Below are positions 1-11,334 of a stretch of DNA of 64,000 nucleotides, piece after piece. Below the pieces are notes generated by a model. The model had not been told where the DNA came from, searched no databases, and saw nothing but the letters and a program-made list of their open reading frames with translations. The translations under genes and the position numbers were made by a program. Every line of letters begins with the position of its first letter. The stretch's first letter is position 1. Where the stretch lies: NCBI RefSeq assembly GCF_003991155.1, contig NZ_CP031295.1. One strand, 5' to 3'. This stretch comes from Escherichia coli (GTDB taxonomy: Bacteria > Pseudomonadota > Gammaproteobacteria > Enterobacterales > Enterobacteriaceae).

Positions 1-1
1 T

Positions 2-328
2 GCGGACTACTTAATCCATGATTTGCAGACGGGTCACTTCGTGACAGTACTGCGTTTTATTTCGCCACTGATGGTTCGTCTTGGCGTACCTGAAAGGCGA
101 TTTTATCAACTGCTGGCAGCAGTGTTGAGTGATTACATGAAAAAACATCCACAAATGTCAGAGCGTTTTGCGCTTTTCTCACTTTTCAGGCCACAAATCA
201 TTCGCGTGGTGCTGAACCCGGTAAAACTGACCTGGCCTGATCTGGATGGCGGCAGCCGCATGCTGCCGAATTACCTTGAGGATCTGCAAAATCCGCTGTG
301 GCTGGTAACTCAGGAATATGAATCATGA
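2..328 (+). CDS. iucC: aerobactin synthase IucC, C-terminal fragment (5' end lies outside the window)
   Basis: ORF runs in from the window edge and its stop overlaps the iucD start by 4 bp; identity inferred from position upstream of iucD-iutA, not from a recognised motif. Confidence 0.6.
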   Translation, partial: ADYLIHDLQTGHFVTVLRFISPLMVRLGVPERRFYQLLAAVLSDYMKKHPQMSERFALFSLFRPQIIRVVLNPVKLTWPDLDGGSRMLPNYLEDLQNPLWLVTQEYES

Positions 329-1602
329 AAAAAAGTGTCGATTTTATTGGTGTAGGGACAGGGCCATTTAATCTCAGCATTGCTGCGTTGTCACATCAGA
401 TCGAAGAACTGGACTGTCTCTTCTTTGATGAACATCCTCATTTTTCCTGGCATCCGGGTATGCTGGTACCGGATTGTCATATGCAGACCGTCTTTCTGAA
501 AGATCTGGTCAGTGCTGTTGCACCTACAAATCCCTACAGTTTTGTTAACTATCTGGTGAAGCACAAAAAGTTCTATCGCTTCCTTACAAGCAGACTACGT
601 ACAGTATCCCGTGAAGAGTTTTCTGACTACCTCCGCTGGGCTGCTGAAGATATGAATAACCTGTATTTCAGTCATACCGTTGAAAACATTGATTTCGATA
701 AAAAACGTCGATTGTTTCTGGTGCAAACCAGCCAGGGAGAATATTTTGCCCGCAATATCTGCCTTGGTACAGGAAAACAACCTTATTTACCACCCTGTGT
801 GAAGCATATGACACAATCCTGTTTCCATGCCAGTGAAATGAATCTTCGTCGGCCGGACCTTAGTGGAAAACGGATAACCGTGGTTGGTGGAGGACAGAGT
901 GGTGCAGACCTGTTCCTTAATGCATTACGCGGGGAATGGGGAGAAGCGGCGGAAATAAACTGGGTCTCCCGGCGTAATAATTTTAACGCACTGGATGAGG
1001 CTGCTTTTGCTGATGAGTATTTTACACCTGAATATATTTCAGGCTTCTCCGGACTGGAGGAAGATATTCGCCATCAGTTACTGGATGAGCAGAAAATGAC
1101 ATCGGATGGCATCACTGCCGATTCTTTACTGACCATTTATCGTGAGTTGTACCACCGTTTTGAAGTTCTGAGAAAACCAAGAAATATCCGTCTGCTACCC
1201 AGCCGCTCGGTAACAACTCTGGAAAGTAGTGGTCCTGGCTGGAAGTTGCTGATGGAGCATCATCTGGATCAGGGCAGGGAGAGCCTGGAAAGTGATGTGG
1301 TGATTTTCGCCACAGGTTACCGTTCTGCGTTGCCACAAATACTTCCCTCACTGATGCCCCTGATCACCATGCACGATAAGAACACCTTTAAAGTGCGTGA
1401 TGACTTCACTCTGGAATGGAGTGGCCCGAAAGAGAACAACATCTTCGTGGTCAACGCCAGTATGCAAACCCATGGCATCGCCGAACCCCAGCTCAGCCTG
1501 ATGGCATGGAGATCTGCACGTATTCTTAATCGCGTAATGGGACGTGATTTATTCGATCTCAGTATGCCGCCCGCCCTGATTCAGTGGCGCAGCGGCACCT
1601 AG
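325..1602 (+). CDS. iucD: L-lysine N6-monooxygenase IucD (aerobactin biosynthesis)
   Basis: 425 aa ORF; N-terminal dinucleotide-binding motif GVGTGPFN and second GGGQSG motif typical of this flavin monooxygenase; immediately upstream of iutA. Confidence 0.9.
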   Translation: MKKSVDFIGVGTGPFNLSIAALSHQIEELDCLFFDEHPHFSWHPGMLVPDCHMQTVFLKDLVSAVAPTNPYSFVNYLVKHKKFYRFLTSRLRTVSREEFSDYLRWAAEDMNNLYFSHTVENIDFDKKRRLFLVQTSQGEYFARNICLGTGKQPYLPPCVKHMTQSCFHASEMNLRRPDLSGKRITVVGGGQSGADLFLNALRGEWGEAAEINWVSRRNNFNALDEAAFADEYFTPEYISGFSGLEEDIRHQLLDEQKMTSDGITADSLLTIYRELYHRFEVLRKPRNIRLLPSRSVTTLESSGPGWKLLMEHHLDQGRESLESDVVIFATGYRSALPQILPSLMPLITMHDKNTFKVRDDFTLEWSGPKENNIFVVNASMQTHGIAEPQLSLMAWRSARILNRVMGRDLFDLSMPPALIQWRSGT

Positions 1603-1683
1603 GGAAAACGCAGCCGGAGGCTGCTTCTTTAACTCGCTACACAGCATCTTTGGGCTGATTTTTTCCGCCCGTATGGAGGAATA

Positions 1684-3885
1684 ATGATGATAAGCAAAAA
1701 GTATACGCTTTGGGCTCTCAACCCACTGCTTCTTACCATGATGGCGCCAGCAGTCGCTCAACAAACCGATGATGAAACGTTCGTGGTGTCTGCCAACCGC
1801 AGCAATCGCACCGTAGCGGAGATGGCGCAAACCACCTGGGTTATCGAAAACGCCGAACTGGAACAGCAGATTCAGGGCGGCAAAGAGCTTAAAGACGCAC
1901 TGGCTCAGCTGATCCCTGGCCTTGACGTCAGCAGCCGGAGCCGCACCAACTACGGTATGAATGTGCGTGGCCGCCCGCTGGTCGTGCTGGTTGACGGCGT
2001 GCGTCTCAACTCTTCACGTACCGACAGCCGACAACTGGACTCTATAGATCCTTTTAATATCGACCATATTGAAGTGATCTCCGGTGCGACGTCCCTGTAC
2101 GGCGGCGGCAGTACCGGTGGCCTGATCAACATCGTGACCAAAAAAGGCCAGCCGGAAACCATGATGGAGTTTGAGGCTGGCACCAAAAGTGGCTTTAGCA
2201 GCAGTAAAGATCACGATGAACGCATTGCCGGAGCTGTCTCCGGCGGAAATGAGCATATCTCCGGACGTCTTTCCGTGGCATATCAGAAATTTGGCGGCTG
2301 GTTTGACGGTAACGGCGATGCCACCTTGCTTGATAACACCCAGACCGGCCTGCAGTACTCCGATCGGCTGGACATCATGGGAACTGGTACGCTGAACATC
2401 GATGAATCCCGGCAGCTTCAGTTGATCACACAGTACTATAAAAGCCAGGGCGACGACGATTACGGGCTTAATCTCGGGAAAGGCTTCTCTGCCATCAGAG
2501 GGACCAGCACGCCATTCGTCAGTAACGGGCTGAATTCCGACCGTATTCCCGGCACTGAGCGGCATTTGATCAGCCTGCAGTACTCTGACAGCGCTTTTCT
2601 GGGACAGGAGCTGGTCGGTCAGGTTTACTACCGCGATGAGTCGTTGCGATTCTACCCGTTCCCGACGGTAAATGCGAACAAACAGGTGACGGCTTTCTCT
2701 TCGTCACAGCAGGACACCGACCAGTACGGCATGAAACTGACTCTGAACAGCAAACCGATGGACGGCTGGCAAATCACCTGGGGGCTGGATGCTGATCATG
2801 AGCGCTTTACCTCCAACCAGATGTTCTTCGACCTGGCTCAGGCAAGCGCTTCCGGAGGGCTGAACAACAAGAAGATTTACACCACCGGGCGCTATCCGTC
2901 GTATGACATCACCAACCTGGCGGTCTTCCTGCAATCAGGCTATGACATCAATAATCTCTTTACCCTCAACGGTGGCGTACGCTATCAGTACACTGAAAAC
3001 AAGATTGATGATTTCATCGGCTACGCGCAGCAACGGCAGATTGCCGCCGGGAAGGCTACATCCGCCGACGCCATTCCTGGCGGCTCAGTCGATTACGACA
3101 ACTTCCTGTTCAACGCCGGTCTGCTGATGCACATCACCGAACGCCAGCAGGCATGGCTCAACTTCTCCCAGGGCGTGGAGCTGCCGGACCCGGGTAAATA
3201 CTATGGTCGCGGCATCTATGGTGCTGCAGTGAACGGCCATCTTCCTCTAACAAAGAGTGTGAACGTCAGCGACAGCAAGCTGGAAGGCGTGAAAGTCGAT
3301 TCTTATGAGCTGGGCTGGCGCTTTACTGGCAATAATCTGCGTACCCAAATCGCGGCCTACTATTCGATTTCTGATAAGAGCGTGGTGGCGAATAAAGATC
3401 TGACCATCAGCGTGGTGGACGACAAACGCCGTATTTACGGCGTGGAAGGTGCGGTGGACTACCTGATTCCTGATACTGACTGGAGTACCGGAGTGAACTT
3501 CAACGTGCTGAAAACTGAGTCGAAAGTGAACGGTACCTGGCAGAAATACGATGTGAAGACAGCAAGCCCATCAAAAGCGACAGCCTACATTGGCTGGGCA
3601 CCGGACCCGTGGAGTCTGCGCGTGCAGAGCACCACCTCCTTTGACGTGAGCGACGCGCAGGGCTACAAGGTCGATGGCTATACCACCGTGGATCTGCTCG
3701 GCAGTTATCAGCTTCCGGTGGGTACACTCAGCTTCAGCATTGAAAACCTCTTCGACCGTGACTACACCACTGTCTGGGGGCAGCGTGCACCACTGTACTA
3801 CAGCCCGGGTTACGGCCCAGCGTCACTGTACGACTACAAAGGCAGGGGCCGAACCTTTGGTCTGAACTACTCTGTGCTGTTCTGA
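1684..3885 (+). CDS. iutA: ferric aerobactin outer-membrane receptor IutA (TonB-dependent)
   Basis: 733 aa ORF; signal peptide, TonB box ETFVVSA near N-terminus, C-terminal aromatic residue; RBS GGAGG upstream. Confidence 0.9.
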   Translation: MMISKKYTLWALNPLLLTMMAPAVAQQTDDETFVVSANRSNRTVAEMAQTTWVIENAELEQQIQGGKELKDALAQLIPGLDVSSRSRTNYGMNVRGRPLVVLVDGVRLNSSRTDSRQLDSIDPFNIDHIEVISGATSLYGGGSTGGLINIVTKKGQPETMMEFEAGTKSGFSSSKDHDERIAGAVSGGNEHISGRLSVAYQKFGGWFDGNGDATLLDNTQTGLQYSDRLDIMGTGTLNIDESRQLQLITQYYKSQGDDDYGLNLGKGFSAIRGTSTPFVSNGLNSDRIPGTERHLISLQYSDSAFLGQELVGQVYYRDESLRFYPFPTVNANKQVTAFSSSQQDTDQYGMKLTLNSKPMDGWQITWGLDADHERFTSNQMFFDLAQASASGGLNNKKIYTTGRYPSYDITNLAVFLQSGYDINNLFTLNGGVRYQYTENKIDDFIGYAQQRQIAAGKATSADAIPGGSVDYDNFLFNAGLLMHITERQQAWLNFSQGVELPDPGKYYGRGIYGAAVNGHLPLTKSVNVSDSKLEGVKVDSYELGWRFTGNNLRTQIAAYYSISDKSVVANKDLTISVVDDKRRIYGVEGAVDYLIPDTDWSTGVNFNVLKTESKVNGTWQKYDVKTASPSKATAYIGWAPDPWSLRVQSTTSFDVSDAQGYKVDGYTTVDLLGSYQLPVGTLSFSIENLFDRDYTTVWGQRAPLYYSPGYGPASLYDYKGRGRTFGLNYSVLF

Positions 3886-3957
3886 CCGGTATTCCTTTAC
3901 AACAAAGGTACGCTGATATCAACATGGCCGCTGACAGCCAAGTTGATATCATATAAT

Positions 3958-4018
3958 ACACGACATAATCTGTAGTCAGGGAGGATAGACTCTTTACTGA
4001 CTACAGATTATGTCGTGT
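3958..4018. repeat. perfect 22-bp inverted repeat (arms 3958-3979 and 3997-4018, 17-bp spacer) downstream of iutA
   Basis: read directly: acacgacataatctgtagtcag ... ctgactacagattatgtcgtgt; a second 10-bp inverted repeat tgatatcaac/gttgatatca lies at 3914-3951. Confidence 0.8.
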
Positions 4019-4369
4019 TCCGTGCTCATTTCCTCAAAAAAATACAAGAAAAGAATTAGTATTCTAACAAAAAGTGAAATAAATTGTATCAAACTCCCTC
4101 TTTTAATCCTGTTGAGTAAATCAGCTTTTGCAATAGGATTGAAAGAGTGTAAGTGGAATCTCTTCCGGATACTCGTTACCACCGTGGCTAGAATATCTAC
4201 GGCTGCGGGCCAGTAATAGATTAAGTGATAACAGCTGTCTGGAAATGTAGGGGCGTATCCACTAATCATAATCATTGTGAGATAAATATTACGGGGCATT
4301 TTATAATGAATAAAGGTGATGCTGCCAACTTACTGATTTAGTGTATGATGGTGTTTTTGAGGTGCTCCA

Positions 4370-4645
4370 GTGGCTTCTGTTTCTATCAGCTGTCCCTCCT
4401 GTTCAGCTACTGACGGGGTGGTGCGTAACGGCAAAAGCACCGCCGGACATCAGCGCTATCTCTGCTCTCACTGCCGTAAAACATGGCAACTGCAGTTCAC
4501 TTACACCGCTTCTCAACCCGGTACGCACCAGAAAATCATTGATATGGCCATGAATGGCGTTGGATGCCGGGCAACTGCACGCATTATGGGCGTTAGCCTC
4601 AACACGATTTTACGTCACTTAAAAAACTCAGGCCGCAGTCGGTAA
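4370..4645 (+). CDS. insA: IS1 InsA
   Basis: 91 aa [17 protein letters not shown]... with zinc-finger-like CxxC pairs; starts at nt 56 of the element as in IS1. Confidence 0.9.
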   Translation: MASVSISCPSCSATDGVVRNGKSTAGHQRYLCSHCRKTWQLQFTYTASQPGTHQKIIDMAMNGVGCRATARIMGVSLNTILRHLKNSGRSR

Positions 4646-4689
4646 CCTCGCGCATACAGCCGGGCAGTGACGTCATCGTCTGCGCGGAA

Positions 4690-5067
4690 ATGGACGAACA
4701 GTGGGGATACGTCGGGGCTAAATCGCGCCAGCGCTGGCTGTTTTACGCGTATGACAGGCTCCGGAAGACGGTTGTTGCGCACGTATTCGGTGAACGCACT
4801 ATGGCGACGCTGGGGCGTCTTATGAGCCTGCTGTCACCCTTTGACGTGGTGATATGGATGACGGATGGCTGGCCGCTGTATGAATCCCGCCTGAAGGGAA
4901 AGCTGCACGTAATCAGCAAGCGATATACGCAGCGAATTGAGCGGCATAACCTGAATCTGAGGCAGCACCTGGCACGGCTGGGACGGAAGTCGCTGTCGTT
5001 CTCAAAATCGGTGGAGCTGCATGACAAAGTCATCGGGCATTATCTGAACATAAAACACTATCAATAA
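4690..5067 (+). CDS. insB: IS1 InsB (made as InsAB' transposase by -1 frameshift from insA)
   Basis: 125 aa ORF in the -1 frame relative to insA, ending just inside the right IR. Confidence 0.85.
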   Translation: MDEQWGYVGAKSRQRWLFYAYDRLRKTVVAHVFGERTMATLGRLMSLLSPFDVVIWMTDGWPLYESRLKGKLHVISKRYTQRIERHNLNLRQHLARLGRKSLSFSKSVELHDKVIGHYLNIKHYQ

Positions 5068-5264
5068 GTTGGAGTCATTACCGCCTTGACCATCAGATAG
5101 TTATTTTGGTGCTAGGGATACTGAGTGTGAACAGTTAGCGCGCGTCCTCGCCAGTTAGCTCGCTACGCTCGGTTACACGACGGCTACGAGTACTAGTGAT
5201 AATTATTGACTGAGGTATGTGCTCTTCCTGTTTCCTTTTTTGATGTGTTGCTCTCATTTTAAAC

Positions 5265-5357
5265 AACTTTGCGGTTTTTTGACTACTTTGCAATTTTGTT
5301 GTTGCTTTGCAATAAAATGCAAGATTAAATGAAAATATGCAAAGCAATGATTAAAGG
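5265..5357 (+). promoter_or_regulatory. sopA promoter/operator region
   Basis: AT-rich stretch upstream of sopA with repeated CTTTGC/GCAAAG hexamers (ctttgcaat, gctttgcaat, gcaaagcaat); F SopA autorepresses via such repeats. Confidence 0.5.
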
Positions 5358-6533
5358 ATGTTCAGAATGAGACTCATGGAAACACTTAACCAGTGCATAA
5401 ACGCTGGTCATGAAATGACGAAGGCTATCGCCATTGCACAGTTTAATGATGACAGCCCGGAAGCGAGGAAAATCACCCGACGCTGGAGAATAGGTGAAGC
5501 AGCGGATTTAGTTGGAGTATCTTCTCAGGCTATCAGGGATGCCGAGAAAGCAGGCCGGCTACCGCACCCGGATATGGAAATACGAGGACGGGTTGAGCAA
5601 CGTGTTGGTTATACAATTGAACAAATTAATCATATGCGTGACGTGTTTGGTACGAGACTACGACGTGCTGAAGACGTATTTCCGCCGGTGATTGGAGTTG
5701 CTGCTCATAAAGGGGGCGTTTACAAAACCTCTGTTTCTGTTCATCTTGCTCAGGATCTGGCTCTGAAGGGATTACGTGTTCTGCTCGTGGAAGGTAACGA
5801 CCCCCAGGGAACAGCATCGATGTATCACGGCTGGGTGCCAGATCTTCATATTCATGCAGAGGATACTCTCCTTCCCTTCTATCTTGGGGAAAAGGACGAT
5901 GTCACTTATGCAATAAAGCCTACTTGCTGGCCTGGGCTTGACATTATTCCTTCCTGTTTGGCTCTGCACCGCATTGAAACTGAGCTAATGGGCAAATTTG
6001 ATGAAGGTAAATTGCCCACCGATCCACACCTGATGCTCCGACTGGCCATTGAAACCGTCGCTCATGACTATGATGTCATTGTCATTGACAGCGCGCCTAA
6101 CCTAGGTATCGGCACGATTAATGTTGTATGTGCTGCTGATGTGTTGATTGTCCCCACGCCTGCTGAGTTGTTCGACTACACTTCCGCTCTGCAGTTTTTC
6201 GATATGCTTCGTGATCTGCTCAAAAACGTAGATCTTAAAGGATTCGAGCCTGATGTACGTATTTTGCTTACCAAATACAGTAATAGTAATGGTTCTCAGT
6301 CCCCGTGGATGGAGGAGCAAATTCGGGACGCCTGGGGAAGCATGGTCCTAAAAAATGTTGTGCGTGAAACGGATGAAGTTGGTAAAGGTCAGATCCGGAT
6401 GAGAACTGTTTTTGAACAGGCTATTGATCAACGCTCTTCAACAGGTGCCTGGAGAAATGCCCTTTCTATTTGGGAACCTGTCTGCAATGAAATTTTCGAT
6501 CGTTTGATTAAACCACGCTGGGAGATTAGATAA
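5358..6533 (+). CDS. sopA: plasmid partition ATPase SopA (ParA family, F type)
   Basis: 391 aa ORF; deviant Walker A KGGVYKTS; matches F SopA as I remember it. Confidence 0.95.
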   Translation: MFRMRLMETLNQCINAGHEMTKAIAIAQFNDDSPEARKITRRWRIGEAADLVGVSSQAIRDAEKAGRLPHPDMEIRGRVEQRVGYTIEQINHMRDVFGTRLRRAEDVFPPVIGVAAHKGGVYKTSVSVHLAQDLALKGLRVLLVEGNDPQGTASMYHGWVPDLHIHAEDTLLPFYLGEKDDVTYAIKPTCWPGLDIIPSCLALHRIETELMGKFDEGKLPTDPHLMLRLAIETVAHDYDVIVIDSAPNLGIGTINVVCAADVLIVPTPAELFDYTSALQFFDMLRDLLKNVDLKGFEPDVRILLTKYSNSNGSQSPWMEEQIRDAWGSMVLKNVVRETDEVGKGQIRMRTVFEQAIDQRSSTGAWRNALSIWEPVCNEIFDRLIKPRWEIR

Positions 6534-7504
6534 TGAAGCGTGCGCCTGTCATTCCAAAACATACGATTAAGACTCAACCGCTTGAAGATACTCCGTCATC
6601 GGCACCAGCTGCACCGATGGTGGATTCGTTAATTGCGCGCGTAGGAGCTATGGCTCGTGGCAATGCTATTACTTTGCCTGTATGTGGTAGGGACGTGAAA
6701 TTTACCCTTGAGGTGCTCCGGGGAGATAGTGTTGAGAAGACCTCTCGGGTATGGTCAGGTAATGAACGTGACCAGGAACTGCTTACCGAAGACGCCCTGG
6801 ATGATCTTATCCCTTCTTTTCTACTGACAGGTCAGCAGACACCAGCATTCGGTCGAAGAGTGTCTGGGGTCATAGAAATTGCCGATGGGAGCCGCCGTCG
6901 TAAAGCTGCTGCACTTACAGAAAGTGATTATCGAGTTCTGGTTGGTGAGCTGGATGATGAGCAGATGGCTGCATTGTCCAGATTGGGTAACGATTATAGG
7001 CCAACAAGTGCTTATGAACGTGGTCAGCGTTATGCAAGCCGATTGCAGAATGAATTTGCTGGAAATATTTCTGCGCTGGCTGATGCAGAAAATATTTCAC
7101 GTAAGATTATTACCCGCTGTATCAACACAGCTAAACTGCCTAAATCAGTTGTTGCTCTTTTTTCTCATCCCGGTGAACTATCTGCCCGGTCAGGTGATGC
7201 ACTTCAAAGAGCTTTTACAGATAAAGAAGAATTACTTAAGCAGCAGGCATCTAACCTTCACGAGCAGAAAAAAGCAGGAGTGATATTTGAAGCTGAAGAA
7301 GTCATCACTCTTTTAACGTCTGTGCTTAAAACGTCATCTGCCTCAAGAACTAGCTTAAGCTCACGACATCAGTTTGCTCCTGGAGCGACAGTGTTGTACA
7401 AGGGCGATAAAATGGTGTTAAACCTAGATAGATCTCGTATTCCAACTGAGTGTATAGAGAGAATTGAAGCCATTCTTAAGGAACTTGAAAAAGCGGCACT
7501 TTGA
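6533..7504 (+). CDS. sopB: plasmid partition protein SopB (ParB family, F type)
   Basis: 323 aa ORF overlapping the sopA stop; matches F SopB; followed by sopC repeats. Confidence 0.95.
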   Translation: MKRAPVIPKHTIKTQPLEDTPSSAPAAPMVDSLIARVGAMARGNAITLPVCGRDVKFTLEVLRGDSVEKTSRVWSGNERDQELLTEDALDDLIPSFLLTGQQTPAFGRRVSGVIEIADGSRRRKAAALTESDYRVLVGELDDEQMAALSRLGNDYRPTSAYERGQRYASRLQNEFAGNISALADAENISRKIITRCINTAKLPKSVVALFSHPGELSARSGDALQRAFTDKEELLKQQASNLHEQKKAGVIFEAEEVITLLTSVLKTSSASRTSLSSRHQFAPGATVLYKGDKMVLNLDRSRIPTECIERIEAILKELEKAAL

Positions 7505-7583
7505 TGCGGCACGTTTTAGTCTACATTTATCTGTCTTTACTTAATTTCCTTTAGCACAGGCTAGAAAACATAACTAACTGGCC

Positions 7584-8100
7584 TGAATATTATATCTGGG
7601 ACCACGGTCCCAGTTGTATTGTCGGTCTGATAATCAGTCTGGGACCACGGTCCCACTCATATTGTCGGTCTGATAATCAGTCTGGGACCACGGTCCCACT
7701 CATATTGTCGGTCTGATTATCGGTCTGGGACCACGGGCCCACTCATATTGTTAGTCTGCTAATCAGTCTGGGACCGCGGTCCCACTCGTATTGTTGGTCT
7801 GCTAATCAGTCTGGGACCACGGTCCCACTCATATTGTCGGTCTGCTAATCAGTCTGGGACCACGGTCCCACTCATATTGTCGGTCTGCTAATCAGTCTGG
7901 GACCACGGTCCCACTCATATTGTCGGTCTGCTAATCAGTCTGGGACCACGGTCCCACTCATATTGTTGGTCTGATTATCGGTCTGCGACCACGGTCCCAC
8001 TCATATTGTTAGTCTGATAATCAGTCTGGGACCGCGGTCCCACTCGTATTGTTGGTCTGCTAATCAGTCTGGGACCACGGTCTCACTTGTATTGTCGATC
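7584..8100 (+). repeat. sopC: sopC centromere: 12 tandem 43-bp repeats
   Basis: 12 copies of a 43-bp unit each containing the palindrome TGGGACCACGGTCCCA, with a few point variants. Confidence 0.9.
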
Positions 8101-8499
8101 TGATTATCAGCGTGAGACTACGATTCCATTAATGCCTGCCAGTGAGTGTGTGGAACATATCTTGGCCAGTGGCTTGGTCTGTGATGTGCTGCGTATACCG
8201 GGTGAACCGCCCCGCCGCTTGTTTGACCGCTATATTCTGCGGGAGTTTTCTTGGAGGCACGGGATGAAATCCGCAGCATGGCGGATGCCCTGGCAAAAAT
8301 CCGGAAATGATGACGATGGCGGGGAAAATCCCCGCCTTTTTCCTGCCGGTCCCCGGACAGAGCACAAAGGAAGTCGCCGCCGGCTCCGCTTTACCCGGCC
8401 ATGCGGGGCATGGCCTTGTGGGGGTTCAGTTATGTGGACGTCGAGTCGTGTGCGGGCTGTGCCGTGCCTCCATCTTAGCCGGGCTGGCGTTGATGCAAG

Positions 8500-8860
8500 G
8501 GGCAACGCCGTTTCGCAAACCGCGCTTCACGTCGTTGCGGCGGGTCCCTGCCCGTTGTTCTGTCCGGTGCCATTCACCTGTTTAAGCCCCTGTCGCCGGG
8601 GGCTGATACAGCCACAACCGTCTCCGCCAGTCCAGGGGTGAAATGTACATCCCGCAAAACTTTTTGCCCAAAAGCAGGCAAAAACTTTTGCGGGATGTAC
8701 ATTTCACCCCCGGACAGTCGTTTCCGTCCGTGGCAGTGATGCCCCTTGCGGCGAAGGTTCTCAAAAAGGTGATGGTGAATACCGGAGGGAACAAAAGGCA
8801 GGTCCCCGCAAAACGTCAAAACCGCGGCTCCCGAAACTCAAAAGATGATGGGGGCTGAAA
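8500..8860 (+). promoter_or_regulatory. Frpo/ssi-like leading-region element, copy 1 (single-strand promoter/priming signal)
   Basis: ~360 bp highly structured non-coding DNA directly upstream of ssb, containing a 60-bp perfect palindrome (8643-8702); repeated at 12125-12478; F leading regions carry such ssDNA promoter elements. Confidence 0.55.
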
Positions 8861-8883
8861 ACATCAACAGAAGGAGGCACATC

Positions 8884-9423
8884 ATGGCAGTTCGTGGCAT
8901 TAACAAGGTCATTCTCGTAGGACGCCTGGGAAAAGATCCGGAAGTCCGTTACATCCCCAACGGGGGCGCAGTGGCAAACCTGCAGGTGGCCACATCAGAA
9001 AGCTGGCGTGACAAACAGACGGGGGAGATGCGGGAGCAGACAGAATGGCATCGTGTGGTGCTGTTCGGCAAGCTCGCGGAAGTGGCAGGTGAATATCTGC
9101 GCAAGGGCGCGCAGGTCTACATCGAAGGTCAGCTTCGCACCCGTAGCTGGGAGGATAACGGTATCACCCGTTACGTCACCGAAATTCTTGTTAAGACCAC
9201 GGGCACCATGCAGATGCTGGGACGTGCCGCAGGTGCTCAGACTCAGCCGGAAGAGGGGCAACAGTTCAGCGGTCAGTATCAGCCGGAACCACAGGCGGAG
9301 GCCGGTACGAAAAAAGGAGGCGCAAAAACGAAAGGCCGTGGACGTAAGGCCACGCAGCCGGAGTCGCAGCCGCAACCGCCGGAGAGTGACGATTACGGGT
9401 TTTCAGATGATATCCCGTTCTGA
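8884..9423 (+). CDS. ssb: plasmid single-stranded DNA-binding protein
   Basis: 179 aa from MAVRGINKV; OB-fold N-terminal region, Gly/Gln/Pro-rich linker, acidic C-terminus DDIPF; RBS AGGAGG. Confidence 0.9.
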   Translation: MAVRGINKVILVGRLGKDPEVRYIPNGGAVANLQVATSESWRDKQTGEMREQTEWHRVVLFGKLAEVAGEYLRKGAQVYIEGQLRTRSWEDNGITRYVTEILVKTTGTMQMLGRAAGAQTQPEEGQQFSGQYQPEPQAEAGTKKGGAKTKGRGRKATQPESQPQPPESDDYGFSDDIPF

Positions 9424-9437
9424 ACGACTGACTGTGA

Positions 9438-9713
<276 letters not shown>

Positions 9714-9992
9714 GAGAGGTGCCCGACGCGCGAACGTCCGCCGCAGATTATCGCAGCCCTGAATAAGGCAGGGCTGTCCGGTGCCGCACGGGACGCGGAG
9801 AAGATGAAGAAAGGTGATGCGGCTGAACATGCAGAGCACCATATGAAAGACAACCGCTGGGTGCCTGGCTGGATGTGTGCACCACATCCACAGACGGATA
9901 CCACTGAACGCACCGATAACCTGGCTGATGCCGCCTGATAAACAACCACACCGCCCCGCCGGAGACGGGGCGGCAGCAAGGGAGATACCGTG

Positions 9993-10427
9993 ATGAAAAC
10001 TGAACTGACCCTGAATGTATTACAGACCATGAGCGCACAGGAATATGAAGATATCCGGGCAGCCGGAAGTGATGAACGTCGTGAGCTGACACACGCCGTG
10101 ATGCGGGAACTGGATGCGCCGGACAACTGGACGATGAACGGCGAGTACGGCAGCGAGTTTGGCGGATTTTTCCCCGTCCAGGTCCGTTTCACGCCTGCCC
10201 ACGAACGTTTCCACCTGGCGTTATGTTCACCGGGCGATGTCTCTCAGGTCTGGGTGCTGGTTCTGGTGAATGCCGGTGGTGAGCCGTTTGCGGTGGTTCA
10301 GGTACAGCGGCGGTTTGCACCGGAAGCCGTCAGCCATTCACTGGCACTGGCGGCGTCACTGGACGCGCAGGGGTACAGCGTCAGTGACATCATCCATATC
10401 CTGATGGCGGAAGGAGGTCAGGCATGA
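9993..10427 (+). CDS. psiB: PsiB, plasmid SOS inhibition protein (anti-RecA)
   Basis: 144 aa from [13 protein letters not shown]...; matches F/R100 PsiB. Confidence 0.9.
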
Positions 10428-11140
10428 GCGCACGTTCACAGGCACTGGTTCCTCTCAGCACAGAGCAACAGGCCGCATGGCGGGCGGTGGCGGAGACCGA
10501 AAAACGCCGCCATCAGGGTAACACGCTGGCTGAATATCCGTATGCGGGGGCGTTTTTCCGCTGTCTGAACGGAAGCCGCAGGATATCGCTGTCTGACCTG
10601 CGATTTTTCATGCCGTCCCTGACCGCAGAAGAACTGCACGGCAACCGTCTTCAGTGGCTGTATGCCATCGATGTGCTGATTGAAACACAGGGCGAGGTTG
10701 CCTCCTTCCCCTCCGGTGATGCAGCAGAGCGCTTGTTCCCGTCGGTGCGGTTTCGTGTCAGGGAACGCAGTCGCCATAAATCCGCGCTGGTCATGCAGAA
10801 GTACAGCCGCCAGCAGGCGAGGGAGGCAGAGCAGAAAGCCCGTGCGTACCAGGCGCTGGTCGCTCAGGCTGAAATCGAACTGGCATTCCATTCGCCGGAA
10901 ACAGTCGGAAGCTGGCATGCACGCTGGAGTGACCGGGTGGCAGAGCATGACCTGGAAACCCTGTTCTGGCAGTGGGGCGAGCGTTTTCCGTCACTGGCCG
11001 GAATGGAACGCTGGCAGTGGCAGGATATGCCATTCTGGCAGGTCATCGCAGAGGCTGGTATGGCGGCAAGGGTGGTCGGTCATGCTGTTCGTGAGATGGA
11101 GCGGTGGATGGTGCCGAACAAACTCCGGGAGGCAGCGTGA
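10424..11140 (+). CDS. psiA: PsiA, plasmid SOS inhibition protein A
   Basis: 238 aa ORF overlapping the psiB stop; matches F PsiA. Confidence 0.9.
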
Positions 11141-11334
11141 TGCGGCAACAATCACACGGATTTCCCGTGAACGGTCTGAATGAGCGGATTATTTTCAGGG
11201 AAAGTGAGTGTGGTCAGCGTGCAGGTATATGGGCTATGATGTGCCCGGCGCTTGAGGCTTTCTGCCTCATGACGTGAAGGTGGTTTGTTGCCGTGTTGTG
11301 TGGCAGAAAGAAGATAGCCCCGTAGTAAGTTAAT

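Larger units (their letters stand above)
4315..5082 (+). mobile_element. IS1 insertion sequence (768 bp)
   Basis: terminal sequences GGTGATGCTGCCAACTTACTGAT (left) and ...TATCAATAAGTTGGAGTCATTACC (right); insA/insB ORFs inside; flanking 9 bp differ (atgaataaa vs gccttgacc), so no target-site duplication. Confidence 0.9.

Noticed and set aside
3994-4299. 101-aa minus-strand and 68-aa plus-strand ORFs in the AT-rich iutA-IS1 spacer
   Set aside because: Mutually overlapping, very AT-rich, no RBS; likely chance ORFs in low-GC spacer DNA
7584-8100. Possible CRISPR array (regular direct repeats)
   Set aside because: Units are contiguous 43-bp repeats with no unique spacers and each contains the sopC palindrome; this is the sopC centromere, and the terminal array at 63392-63955 likewise has no spacer-like unique inserts
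8087-8858. Several overlapping ORFs (184, 92, 91, 81, 71 aa) on both strands between sopC and ssb
   Set aside because: They overlap one another in all frames inside GC-rich, palindromic Frpo-like DNA that is duplicated at 12125-12478; no RBS and no recognisable protein features
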